Below, piece after piece: positions 9,279-19,147 of a DNA stretch of 64,000 bases. The notes under the pieces were generated by a model. It was not told the origin of the DNA and did not search any database. It saw only the letters and a program-made list of their open reading frames with translations. The DNA is from Candidatus Latescibacterota bacterium (GTDB taxonomy: Bacteria; Latescibacterota; UBA2968; GCA-2709665). The stretch's first letter is position 1. Every line of letters starts with the position of its first letter. The position numbers were made by a program, and so were the translations under genes. The stretch spans positions 224,001-288,000 of the forward strand of contig CBDDDZ010000003.1 in assembly GCA_965226795.1 (NCBI GenBank). Direction: 5' to 3'.

Positions 9279-11015
9279 ATGCAAAAACACTCGATTTGGA
9301 CGCTCAGACATACAAGAGATTCCGATTCCAGCGCGGACGGTCCGGCCGGGCCGCTCGTGGACGTGGTGCTGGCAAACCGCGGTCTGACGGCCGACGATAT
9401 CGCGGATTCTCCAGAAGTACTTCAGGACCCGTTTTCCATGAAGGACATGGATCGCCTCACGGAGCGGATTGTGAAGGCGGTTCGCTCCGGCGAACGCATC
9501 GTCGTATTTGGCGACTATGACGTGGACGGGGTGACGAGTACGGCCGTATTTTTGGATTTTCTGGACAAGGTGGGAGCGGATGCCGTGTCCATCCTGCCGG
9601 ACCGCTACCAGGACGGATACGGGATGAAACCACCCGGCATCCAGCGAGCGATCGAAGCGGGCGCACGTCTGATCGTAACGGCGGACAACGGTATTTCTTC
9701 GTTTGAGGCGGTTGAGGCGGCGAATGAGGCCGGCATTGACGTGTTGGTGACCGATCATCATCAGCCTCAAGGTCGGCTGCCGGGCGCATTCGCGGTGGTC
9801 AATCCCAACCGCCCGGATTGCGTCTATGCGTTCAAGGGGCTCGCGGCCGTGGGGGTGGCATTCAAGGCGGTGCAGGCCCTTTCGGATACCCTTATCGAGG
9901 CATCCGAGCGCAGGGCATATCTGAACTCGCTGCTGGATCTGGTTGCCCTGGGAACGGTAGCGGATGTCGCGCCCATGCTGGGTGAGAACCGGTTGCTCAC
10001 CCGCAGGGGAATGCAGATTCTGGATCGGACGCAGCGTCCGGGGCTCCAGGCCTTGAAAGCCGTAGCCGGCGCCGATGCCCGTCCCGTGGATACGACGGCG
10101 ATCGGATACTTCCTGGGGCCGCGCCTCAACAGCGCCGGACGGCTGGCTTCAGCGGACCTGGCGCTGGAACTGGTCCGTACATCCGAGGCGAGCGAGGCGG
10201 CACGCCTGGCGGAGCGGCTGAACGAGCTAAACCTCAAGCGACGGGAACTCGAGCTTGTGGGCGTGAAACAGGCCGGGGTGCAGGTTGAATCGATGGGGCT
10301 GGACGCAAACCGGATTCTGATAGCGAAAGGCGAAAGCTGGCATCTGGGTGTGGTGGGGTTGATCGCGGGCCGCCTGAAGGAGCAGTACGGCAGGCCTTGC
10401 ATCGCCTGTACCGACGTTCGCGCGGATGGGAGTTTTACGGGCTCGGCACGTTCCGCGTCGGGCTACAATATAGCGGAGGCGATTTTCCGCTGTGCCGACC
10501 TGCTGACCGAGTACGGAGGGCACGCCGATGCGGCCGGCTTTACGGGTCCCCTCGGGCATTATGAAGCGTTCAAGACCCGGCTGGAGGCCGATGCGGCGGA
10601 GCGGATCTCGGATGAGGATATGAAAACCCGGCTGGAACTGGATGCAACGCTTCTGCCAGTGGAGATTTCGCTGGATACGGTCTCGGCGCTGTCTGTCCTG
10701 GCCCCGTTCGGTCCGGGAAACGAAGCGCCGCTGTTTTTGGTGCAAGACTGTACGATCGAACGCGCCATTGCGGTTGGGAAAGGGGCGCACTTAAAGATGA
10801 ATCTGGACACGGGGTCGTCCGCCGCCCGGGCGGGCGGCTCGGCGCGGTCGAGCCCGCGGATATGTGACGCGATATGGTGGGGACAGGGCGAACTGGCCGG
10901 ACGGCTTCGCCGGGGCGGTCGCGTGGACGTTGCCTGCGCTATCGAGGCCAACACCTGGAACGGACGGACACAGGTGCAGCTTGTTGTGGAGGATATGCGC
11001 CCCGCGGAGGGATGA
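9279..11015 (+). CDS. recJ: Single-stranded DNA-specific exonuclease RecJ
   Basis: GDYDVDG, TADNG, TDHH, LGTVAD, GPRLNSAGR, GSARS, GGHADAAG, PFGPGN. Confidence 0.96.
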   Translation: MQKHSIWTLRHTRDSDSSADGPAGPLVDVVLANRGLTADDIADSPEVLQDPFSMKDMDRLTERIVKAVRSGERIVVFGDYDVDGVTSTAVFLDFLDKVGADAVSILPDRYQDGYGMKPPGIQRAIEAGARLIVTADNGISSFEAVEAANEAGIDVLVTDHHQPQGRLPGAFAVVNPNRPDCVYAFKGLAAVGVAFKAVQALSDTLIEASERRAYLNSLLDLVALGTVADVAPMLGENRLLTRRGMQILDRTQRPGLQALKAVAGADARPVDTTAIGYFLGPRLNSAGRLASADLALELVRTSEASEAARLAERLNELNLKRRELELVGVKQAGVQVESMGLDANRILIAKGESWHLGVVGLIAGRLKEQYGRPCIACTDVRADGSFTGSARSASGYNIAEAIFRCADLLTEYGGHADAAGFTGPLGHYEAFKTRLEADAAERISDEDMKTRLELDATLLPVEISLDTVSALSVLAPFGPGNEAPLFLVQDCTIERAIAVGKGAHLKMNLDTGSSAARAGGSARSSPRICDAIWWGQGELAGRLRRGGRVDVACAIEANTWNGRTQVQLVVEDMRPAEG

Positions 11016-11041
11016 AAGAGAACCCGCTTCAGCCCGGTTTC

Positions 11042-12040
11042 TCACGTCATAATCGAAACTTCGACTCGCTTCCCGGTCCGGGCGGATTCGTGAGCGGCCG
11101 CGGCCACGGCGACAACACGCCGCCCGTCCCTGCCGTCGGATTTCGGCGCTTCGCCCCTCTGAATGCAACCGATGAAGTGAGCGATCTCGTCTTCCAGGCC
11201 GTTGTTCCGGGGTACCTCTATGGCGGTAGTCTTCTCGCCGTGCCGGGCGAATAAGATAGGCCCTTCCGAGACGTTGAGCTTGAGCGCACCTCCTGTTCCG
11301 GCAACGCCGAGTTCGTAGCTGTTGACCGGGTAGACGCGGCTGCTGCTTAAAGAGCCGATGGCGCCCGAGGCGAATTCGATGCCGATGAAGATGCTTTCTT
11401 CGATTTCGTTCGCCGGATCCCCTCCATATCTCATGACAGCATTGACGGCACGGATTTCACCGGCAAGCCAGGCCAGTTGGTCCAGTTCGTGGCTGTACAT
11501 GGAAAACATACCGCCGTAGTGTTCCTTCCGGGTCTGCCATCCGCCGACGCCGCCCGGCGCGGCGGTGCCCAGACGTACGGCATGCGCGAGGGTAATTTCA
11601 CCGACGTCTCCCCGGGCAACCCGCCGTTTGAGTTCCTGATAAGCGGCCTGAAACCGGCGGACATAGCCGATCATCAGGAATACGTTGGACTGTTCGGCGG
11701 CGCGGACCATCGTATCGCAGTCTTCAACGTTCAGCGCCATTGGTTTTTCGCAGAAGACGTGGGCGCCCGCAAGCGCCGCGTCTTTACTGATGCGGCTGTG
11801 CGTGTGGTTGGGCGTGACAACCAGTACGGCGTCCGGTTTCTCGGCGGCCAGCATGGCGCGATGATCCTCGTAGGGCTTCGGCCCGGAATTCAGCTGCGCG
11901 ACAAGCTGCGCGGCGGATTCCGATACCACGTCGCAGACGGCGACAAGCCGCGCGCCCGCCATCGCTTCTACGTTTCTGGCGTGGGCGCGACCCAGCCCAC
12001 CGCATCCCGCGAGCGCGATTTTTAGAGGTTCTCCCGGCAT
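11042..12040 (-). CDS. Gfo/Idh/MocA oxidoreductase
   Basis: GCGGLG, HVFCEKP, GYVRRF, SHELD. Confidence 0.9.
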   Translation of the reverse strand: MPGEPLKIALAGCGGLGRAHARNVEAMAGARLVAVCDVVSESAAQLVAQLNSGPKPYEDHRAMLAAEKPDAVLVVTPNHTHSRISKDAALAGAHVFCEKPMALNVEDCDTMVRAAEQSNVFLMIGYVRRFQAAYQELKRRVARGDVGEITLAHAVRLGTAAPGGVGGWQTRKEHYGGMFSMYSHELDQLAWLAGEIRAVNAVMRYGGDPANEIEESIFIGIEFASGAIGSLSSSRVYPVNSYELGVAGTGGALKLNVSEGPILFARHGEKTTAIEVPRNNGLEDEIAHFIGCIQRGEAPKSDGRDGRRVVAVAAAAHESARTGKRVEVSIMT

Positions 12041-12097
12041 TTTGGCCTCACTATTAGCTCGAAGGGATTGGAATTCGACCAGTGCCGCGGCGGATTC

Positions 12098-13111
12098 TCA
12101 TTGCAACTGGATCGTCATGGAACCCTGTTCGGCGGATTCTTCCGCCGCAAAACACGCGGCGTGGGTGTTGACGGCTACGGTAAGATTGTTGTGCGATTCG
12201 GCATCGTCCTGGATACATTCGACAAGATGATCGATCATTTCCTGGAAAGGATGGTCGGCAACGGCGCCGCTGTCGGGCATTACCGCGGGAAAACTGCCGA
12301 AGGCGTTCTGGCCGGATAGCTGCCGGGTGTAGAACTGATTGTTTCTGATCACGCCCTCCGTGCCGAAGACCTCCAGGTTGAAGACATAGGGCATGAAGAA
12401 GGCCGTGGAACCTGAGATCTTTCCGGCGGCGCCCCCCGCGAATTCCACCGTTGCGACCGTCGTGGAGCGGTAGTCCTCCGCATGGGTTCGATGGCGCGGA
12501 GAAACGCCCGTTACCCGGGTGACCATGTCGTTGTTCAGGATGTAACGGGCGGCGTCCAGGGCATGGCATCCGCCGTGCACAATGGCGCCGTTCACCAGCG
12601 GGTTCCAACCGGCGCGGCTGAATTTTTCGGGACGCGCGTTGGTGGGACCGTGCCAGTAGTCCGCCTGAACAAGCAGAGGGACGCCGACCCAGCCCTTCTC
12701 GATAGCCCGTTTGATGGAAATGATGAGGGGGTTCCACCGAAGCACGAAGCCGACAACGGTTTTGACGCCTGCGGCGACCACGGCCCGGTGCATCGCATCC
12801 AGTTCGTCGGGGTTCGTGGCCACGGGTTTTTCAATCAGCAGGTGTTTGCCGGCGGCGGCGGCGGCAATCGCTTCATTGGCGTGGCGGTCCGGCGGAGTAC
12901 AGATGGAAACGACGTCGACTTCCAGATGTTCGAGAAGCCTGTCGTAGTTATCGTAGAGATCGCATTCAACGCCCAGTTCGACCATTTTTTTTCGGGCGCT
13001 TTCCAGCGTCCGGCTCCCGATGGCGACTACCCGGGTGTGCGGGTTGTTCAGGTAGGCCCTGATGTGCTCGGTGGCGACATTTCCTGCACCCTGGATTGCA
13101 ACGCCAAGCAT
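12098..13111 (-). CDS. Gfo/Idh/MocA oxidoreductase
   Basis: GAGNVA, HLLIEKP, GFVLRWNP, CHALD. Confidence 0.9.
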   Translation of the reverse strand: MLGVAIQGAGNVATEHIRAYLNNPHTRVVAIGSRTLESARKKMVELGVECDLYDNYDRLLEHLEVDVVSICTPPDRHANEAIAAAAAGKHLLIEKPVATNPDELDAMHRAVVAAGVKTVVGFVLRWNPLIISIKRAIEKGWVGVPLLVQADYWHGPTNARPEKFSRAGWNPLVNGAIVHGGCHALDAARYILNNDMVTRVTGVSPRHRTHAEDYRSTTVATVEFAGGAAGKISGSTAFFMPYVFNLEVFGTEGVIRNNQFYTRQLSGQNAFGSFPAVMPDSGAVADHPFQEMIDHLVECIQDDAESHNNLTVAVNTHAACFAAEESAEQGSMTIQLQ

Positions 13112-13414
13112 GGCTTCTCCCTTTGGATTCTTCCGGTGGCATGATATTCAAGGCTTCAGGCGGACGACCTGAGAAGGCCTATCCCTGATTCTGACGCGTG
13201 TCGAACGCAAAGATACAAGCCCGTCGTGACGCCGTCAAGACGGATCCCGGTACGCCCCTTGTAATCATCGTTCAGGACCGACGGGGCATCTGACGTTCGC
13301 CTGTACATGGTCGGCGACCTTGGAAGGCGGCCCGGTGAACCGTTGATTTTTCAGGGAGGCCGCTTTATTTTAGCGCGGTACGTCGAGTCTGTCTCCTCAT
13401 ATGCGGGGTGCATC

Positions 13415-14275
13415 TTGCCGAAACGGATCAACAAAGCTATCGAGCTGCTGGAACAGGGACAGCCGATTTACTATGTCGGCGTCTCTGAAGTGTCGTACGA
13501 CGCGGGCCGGGAGATGGCCGGGACCTGGGCCGACTATATCAACGTCAGCATGGAGCACGGGGCGTTCGATATGCGCGGCCTCGCCGAGTTCATGCGAGGC
13601 CTGGTGGACGGCGGTCCCACGGCCAGCGGGCACCGGACGCCGGCCGTCATCGTTGATCTGCCGGTGGAGGGGTCGAGTGAAGCGGCGGTTCGCGCCAACG
13701 CCTGGATGTTCAAGCAGGCGCTGGCCCGAGGCGTGCACGGGATTCTCCTGTGCCATGCCGACGACCCGGAGGGCGTCCGGGCCTTTGTGGAAAGTTGCAG
13801 GTATCCGTTCCGGAAACCGCCGGCGGGGCACAGTGACGGCCGTCGCGGCGCCGGGGGGCAGGGCTGGGCAGCGCAGATATGGGGCGTACCCGCAAACCGA
13901 TATCTTGAGAAGGCCGATCCGTGGCCGCTGAATCCGGACGGAGAACTGATGCTGGGCGTGAAAATCGAGAACAAACGCGCGCTTGCCAACGCGGAGGCGA
14001 CGGCGAAGGTGCGGGGGCTCGCCTTCGGCGAGTGGGGCCCCGGAGATATGGGGATGTCGCTTGGGCACGCCGATCGGCACGACCCGCCCTATCCGCCTGA
14101 AATGGGGGCTGCCCGGGCCCGCGTGATGGCGGCCTGCAAGGACGCCGGTCTGTTCTTCCTGAACAGCGCGAATGCCGGCAACGTCACGGAGATGATTGAC
14201 GAGGGCGTGATGATCTGCTCCGGAGGCGGGGAGGCCGTGGCGAAGTTGGGGCGGGCGTATACAGGCAGAAAATAA
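13415..14275 (+). CDS. HpcH/HpaI aldolase/citrate lyase family protein
   Basis: SMEHG, GVKIEN, EWGPGDMGMSLG; probable TTG start at 13415. Confidence 0.8.
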   Translation: MPKRINKAIELLEQGQPIYYVGVSEVSYDAGREMAGTWADYINVSMEHGAFDMRGLAEFMRGLVDGGPTASGHRTPAVIVDLPVEGSSEAAVRANAWMFKQALARGVHGILLCHADDPEGVRAFVESCRYPFRKPPAGHSDGRRGAGGQGWAAQIWGVPANRYLEKADPWPLNPDGELMLGVKIENKRALANAEATAKVRGLAFGEWGPGDMGMSLGHADRHDPPYPPEMGAARARVMAACKDAGLFFLNSANAGNVTEMIDEGVMICSGGGEAVAKLGRAYTGRK

Positions 14276-14462
14276 ACCCATTTCAGGTCGAACGCGACCG
14301 AACAATCGGATCTTAATTAGACTGACGGCTATCCGTCGGAGAAAGGAGCGCAAACACGAACGAATACCGTTGCTCCTGGCGCTTGCCGCAGGACCTTGTT
14401 GGCAAGCGACGAAAACACGGTCGTCAAAACTGTCGGTGAATCGTTAGCAGGGGAGGGAAGAG

Positions 14463-15167
14463 ATGTCTAACTCAATCATTCGTACAATAGTCGAGGTCCT
14501 GTTGGCGGCGGCGTGCGCGTACCTGGCGTACATCGCGTACATCGCCCCCATAAATGTCACCATCAACTACGATGCCGAGAATTCCATTCAGATGCGGATC
14601 GAGGACAAAATGGTGGCGCACGGCGCGGTGCTGGACTCGATCTGGAACAAGGATTTCGCCAGAGAAGCGACGCTCGGATGGTTGACTGCAAAGGACGTCT
14701 ATCACTACCAGGACAGCGGATTGGTCGGTCGCCTCGGCGACGCGATGCCGGACGCGACAACACATGGAAACGGCGAAACACTGGATGAGCGGAAAGCCCG
14801 CCTGGAGGGCGCGATTGCGGAAAATCCTCTGATTGCCGATCTTCGCGGCCGGGCGCGTGAACTGCAACCTCCCTTTCAGTATATCGGCAAAGAGGTCCGC
14901 GTGGGCGTCCCGATCGGAAACAGACCTCGAAAAAATGTGGCGTACGTCGCCTTCGGGAGCGAGTTCGACGGCAGGGTCGTTGAGATCTGGAATCCCATGA
15001 ATGATAAGCGCCTGGCGGTGTCTGCGCAGGGTGCATTCCTTCCCACAACCGCGGTTACGATCGACTTTCAGTTGAACAGGCGACAGGCGATAGACCTGTT
15101 CGATCGCGTTGAGCAGACCGCGGACGCGGTGGCAATCATGCTTCCGGCATCGACGCCGGCGCCGTAG
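14463..15167 (+). CDS. Hypothetical protein with N-terminal membrane anchor
   Basis: GGAGGGAAG RBS, 234 aa, hydrophobic residues 9-30; no recognised motif. Confidence 0.65.
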   Translation: MSNSIIRTIVEVLLAAACAYLAYIAYIAPINVTINYDAENSIQMRIEDKMVAHGAVLDSIWNKDFAREATLGWLTAKDVYHYQDSGLVGRLGDAMPDATTHGNGETLDERKARLEGAIAENPLIADLRGRARELQPPFQYIGKEVRVGVPIGNRPRKNVAYVAFGSEFDGRVVEIWNPMNDKRLAVSAQGAFLPTTAVTIDFQLNRRQAIDLFDRVEQTADAVAIMLPASTPAP

Positions 15168-15306
15168 ACGCGTTGAGAACGCCTCTCGATGGATTGATCG
15201 ACAGACCCGATGCGACTCTGGTCACTGCATCCCCGCTATCCGATCCGGCAATTGTAAGATCACCGGCGGCTCAGCGCTTCTGCATTGCGCGGCCGCCGGT
15301 TTGCTT

Positions 15307-15472
15307 TAGCAGCCCGTTGAAAAAGTCCATCCGGGCTGCGGCCGGCCCTTGTGGCCGAATTACTGCGTTGCACTCCCTCCCCGAATCCCCCGATTCGACG
15401 CGGTCGCGCGCCTTGTCTTCGGCCACAATGACTCGGCCTCGCCTGCAGAGCGACTTTATCAACGGACTGTTA
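15307..15472. mobile_element. MITE-like element (166 bp) with 21-bp terminal inverted repeats
   Basis: Left TAGCAGCCCGTTGAAAAAGTC vs reverse complement of right TAACAGTCCGTTGATAAAGTC (18/21); TTAG at both ends; no transposase. Confidence 0.7.
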
Positions 15473-15523
15473 GCCCCCGCCATTCCGAGTTCCATTCCTC
15501 GAATCATTCCTCCCACCGTCCAT

Positions 15524-16060
15524 CTACCGCCCCAACAGTTGTTCGAGGGCCCATTCCAACTCCGTTCCGGTATCCGGGCCGTAGCCCATTTGCATGAACC
15601 TGAGACGGCCCTTCCCGTCAATCAGGTAGGTGGTTGGAATGCTCCGGATTTCGTAGTCGGATTGAACGCCCGGATCGGCGAACAGAACCGGAAAAGTGTA
15701 ACCGTTTTTCCTTACAAACGGTTTCACGCGCGCCCGATCGAAGTCCGTGCTGATGGCAAGTACGGTCAGGCCTTTGTTGCGGTATCGTTCGTGTAATTTC
15801 TGAACGTGGGGTAATTCGTACAGGCACGGCACGCACCAGGTGGCCCAGAAGTTGATCAGGACAACACGGCCCTTATTCTCGGACAACCGGACTACCGAAC
15901 CGTCCAGACCATCCAGCGCAAAGTCGGACGCGGCCGGTCCCACGGGCAGTGCGTTCTCCGGCTCCGGCGTCTCGACGAATATCTGACCCAATGCGACGCC
16001 GGCCAGAACCACTCCCGCGGCGATCAACACGGTGTACTTCCATCCGAACCTCAGTTGCAT
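15524..16060 (-). CDS. TlpA/ResA-like thiol-disulfide oxidoreductase
   Basis: N-terminal TM, VVLINFWATWCVPC, IPTTYLID. Confidence 0.92.
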   Translation of the reverse strand: MQLRFGWKYTVLIAAGVVLAGVALGQIFVETPEPENALPVGPAASDFALDGLDGSVVRLSENKGRVVLINFWATWCVPCLYELPHVQKLHERYRNKGLTVLAISTDFDRARVKPFVRKNGYTFPVLFADPGVQSDYEIRSIPTTYLIDGKGRLRFMQMGYGPDTGTELEWALEQLLGR

Positions 16061-16162
16061 ACGTCAAACCCCTTCCGTTCTGGAGACAGGTTCTCTCGCG
16101 CCCGTTCTTCTATCTGTCAAATATGTATCGTTGCAGGTGTACCCATTGGCAGGCAAGGCATC

Positions 16163-17311
16163 TCAAGGCGTGAAAATCAGGATTTTGGCCGTGATATCCC
16201 CGCCATCCGTCGGAATCCCACGGGTCGAATTGTCCGCGGTCTTCAATCCGCCGGCGACCATCACCCGGCCGTCTTCAAGGAGCGTGACCGACGACAGGGT
16301 CCGCCACGGTGCGATGCTGTATCCCGTAGGAGAAAATGCATGTGTGGCCGGATCATACAGTACAATATCGCCGTTAATGGAGCGGATGAGAAACACATTT
16401 CCGGACGGCAGCAGCAGGGCGGCGCTCGGATCGATTGTAGAAACGCCTGCCGGCGAAAACGAGTTTGTTTCAGGGTCGTACATCTCGGCGGTATGTACGA
16501 AAGGACCTGTACCGGCTTTGCCGCCTACGATCAGGACCCTGCCGTCCTGTAGAAGCACCGCCTTATGGTTTACGCGGTCGAACTGCAAGTCGCCTGCTTC
16601 TGAAAAAGCTTTGGACGAGGGATCGTAAATCAGATTCCGTCCGACCAACCCGTCCTCGATTCCGCCGCGTATTCCTCCAACGATCAGCACCCGGCCGTCC
16701 TTCAACAAAGTCGCCGTATGGAGTCTACGTCGATCGTCCATCGCGAAGATTGATGTGAATGCACGTACATCCGTGTCAAAGACACCCGTGTGTTCTACGC
16801 TAGTCACAAAGACCGCTCCGCTGTGAAGCAGGGTTGTGGTCTGGATAGTTGTATTGGAGGGTACGTCCGCCAGGGCGTCGAATATCCCTGAATCAGGATT
16901 GAACATTTCAATAGTTATATGACCATACCTGGGCATGATCAGGACGCGACCGTCGGGAAGCGATATTCCGTGGTCCGAATGACGACTGACGGTCATGTTT
17001 CCCGTTGGCGAAGAGGTCCCGGTCACCGGATCGAATATCTCTGCGCTGATATGACGCTTCGTCTTGGGAATAACGGCATTCGCGGGAGGCGGTTCCGCGA
17101 ACACGGGAAGTAATTCCGCATAGCCGCCGCCGATCAGGACCTTGCCATTCTGCATTAACGTCGCGACATGCTCATACCGCGGTTGGGTCAGACTCCCGAC
17201 CTCATGAAGACCCCTTTCGAGGGCTGGCGGCTCCGACGTCGTCACCGAATCTCCTCCACAAGCCCAGAAGCTCCATAGGACAAACAGCGCAAACAAGATT
17301 CTGGCAGTCAT
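16163..17311 (-). CDS. Kelch-repeat beta-propeller lipoprotein, paralog 1
   Basis: FWAC lipobox; repeated HTATLLxDGRVLIVGG...YDP. Confidence 0.88.
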   Translation of the reverse strand: MTARILFALFVLWSFWACGGDSVTTSEPPALERGLHEVGSLTQPRYEHVATLMQNGKVLIGGGYAELLPVFAEPPPANAVIPKTKRHISAEIFDPVTGTSSPTGNMTVSRHSDHGISLPDGRVLIMPRYGHITIEMFNPDSGIFDALADVPSNTTIQTTTLLHSGAVFVTSVEHTGVFDTDVRAFTSIFAMDDRRRLHTATLLKDGRVLIVGGIRGGIEDGLVGRNLIYDPSSKAFSEAGDLQFDRVNHKAVLLQDGRVLIVGGKAGTGPFVHTAEMYDPETNSFSPAGVSTIDPSAALLLPSGNVFLIRSINGDIVLYDPATHAFSPTGYSIAPWRTLSSVTLLEDGRVMVAGGLKTADNSTRGIPTDGGDITAKILIFTP

Positions 17312-17371
17312 CTCTTTACCTCGCGTCAAGGTTCTGTAAGTGCGACATCTACGCGATAGGGCTGCCAAGGC

Positions 17372-17396
17372 GGGCAGACAGGAATGTCTGCCCCAC
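17372..17396 (-). repeat. REP-like palindrome
   Basis: GGGCAGACA-GGAA-TGTCTGCCC-CAC. Confidence 0.6.
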
Positions 17397-17474
17397 CTTC
17401 ACACTGGCTTCCTCAGAGTTAACGTGTTGGCAAAGATTCGACGGATGCGTTTCGCGAATGATGATCCGCCGCCC

Positions 17475-17580
17475 TGTCATTCTGAGCGCAGTCGAAAATC
17501 TCCTGCCGAAGCGTGGTCATTGCCTGTATTGCTTGGTTGTTTACGCTGCCTGTACTGAGCCTGTTGAAACGAGCTTGTCG
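17475..17580. repeat. TGTCATTCTGAG / CTGAGCCTGTCGAA palindromic repeat family (D), degenerate copy
   Basis: Shares TGTCATTCTGAGCGCAGTCGAA and GGTCATTGCCTG with 28411-28606. Confidence 0.65.
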
Positions 17581-17588
17581 ACGTGCCT

Positions 17589-18278
17589 TCACTCGGCGGC
17601 CGAATTTCGGCAATCTATTTCCGCGCGGGTCGCGCGGGATTCGGTCCTTCCGTTCCCTTCGCTGATGTCTATCGGCGTGTGAATTCTGAATGCTGGAAAG
17701 CCGTTCTTCCCTCTCGCACGGGTCAGCGGTTCGCTCCGACCTACCGGATCCATCGGTCTGCCATTGCCCGCCCATGTCGCCTCACCTGAATCCGGCGAGC
17801 CGGTTCGGCGCCCCCGGAACCTTTCAAGGTTATCCATAAATAGATCAAGCATATTGAACAGGAATTCTTCGTAAGACTGTTTCGCGCCTTCGCTGGCGGC
17901 CTTTTCGTTCTGCACGCTGTCAGCCACTTCGTCGAGACTGTTCCTGACCTGACGCGCCAGGCGTCCAATGGCGTCTGCAGCAGTCGACTCCTCTGCGAAG
18001 TCAATGGATACTTGCATATTGAAAGCCCGTGCGTAAATCGCCAGGTCCTCCAGTTTGAGCCGGTCGTTCCTGCTGTTCTCGATTCTCGAGATTTTGTTCT
18101 GCGTGCAACCGGCCCGTTGCGCCAGTTCCGCCTGAGTCAAATCCCGAGAACAACGCAACGTACAAAGAGCCCGTGAAACATTGTAATCCGCAAGATGACC
18201 CTCAAGTTCATCGTGGAAGGTTCTGTCCGGTACGGTGTCACGCACCATTTCAGACACCGATGCATAACGCTTTTCCAT
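17589..18278 (-). CDS. XRE-family HTH transcriptional regulator
   Basis: LTQAELAQRAGCTQNKISRIEN. Confidence 0.8.
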   Translation of the reverse strand: MEKRYASVSEMVRDTVPDRTFHDELEGHLADYNVSRALCTLRCSRDLTQAELAQRAGCTQNKISRIENSRNDRLKLEDLAIYARAFNMQVSIDFAEESTAADAIGRLARQVRNSLDEVADSVQNEKAASEGAKQSYEEFLFNMLDLFMDNLERFRGRRTGSPDSGEATWAGNGRPMDPVGRSEPLTRARGKNGFPAFRIHTPIDISEGNGRTESRATRAEIDCRNSAAE

Positions 18279-18666
18279 TACGACGCTCCCTTTGAAGACT
18301 ATCGACAAACGCTCGGCAGATACCGAGATCCTTTTTCTGAATGTTCTGGAAACTGAAAACCACGAGGTGAGGTTATTCGTACCACGATCTTTTAGCCTGA
18401 TTAATTAATGAATTGTCACGGATTGCAGTTTCCGAAAGCAGAAACAGCTTCCGATTGGATTGAGAAAGTGAATCCCAATGTGCAATACATTCTGGATTCG
18501 GATAGTTTGAAACAGACGAGACCTACCCCCTAACCCCCTTCCTGAGAGGAAGGGGGAACTGTGATCCGCTGATGAATGTCTGGATTGGATGAATGCGTTT
18601 CGATTGATGAAAAAACCCGGGCGAAATATCGTGATTAGTCGGCGAGTTGTGCTTGGTAAAGTGACG

Positions 18667-18771
18667 AGATGGCGTTCTCCAATCAATCGGAGCTCGTATA
18701 AAACAGTGTTTACGCAACCCTTCGTTCGACTCCCCCTCTCCTCGCAGGAGAGGGGGCCGGGGGGAGAGGTC
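18667..18771 (+). repeat. 105-bp repeat ending in CCCCTCTCC/GGAGAGGGG palindrome, copy 2
   Basis: Colinear with 8655-8759; related inverted hairpin at 18522-18558. Confidence 0.7.
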
Positions 18772-19036
18772 TTTTTTACCGATAATGCAGGTCAGTCTGT
18801 GCACAGGAAGAAAGCGTGACCCCTGCGCCTGGCACCAGCGCGTATCGCTTTTCTCCCATGCGTGCGACCGGATTTTATCTAAAATCGGGATATTTTTTGC
18901 TGGAAGAGTTGGAAATTATGCAAATATAAGATAATTTCTCGATAACGCAATCGGTCCCTGGGGGTCAACATTGACGAACCACGCTATGTGGTTGAACGTT
19001 TGCCCGTGGATTGCAACTCGACAGAAAAGACCTTGA

Positions 19037-19064
19037 TATAATATGACTTTTAAGTCATATTATA
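19037..19064. promoter_or_regulatory. Perfect 13-bp inverted repeat, probable toxin-antitoxin operator
   Basis: TATAATATGACTT-TT-AAGTCATATTATA, 5 bp upstream of ATG 19070. Confidence 0.7.
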
Positions 19065-19069
19065 GAGCC

Positions 19070-19147
19070 ATGGACTGGGAAGTCAGATTCCATCCGGCGT
19101 TCGACCCGGAATTCGATGCCTTGCCCAACGACGTACAGGAGGTCAAC
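19070..19147 (+). pseudogene. N-terminal remnant of RelE/HigB (Gp49-like) toxin
   Basis: MDWEVRFHPAFDPEFDALPNDVQ runs directly into the antitoxin RBS. Confidence 0.65.
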
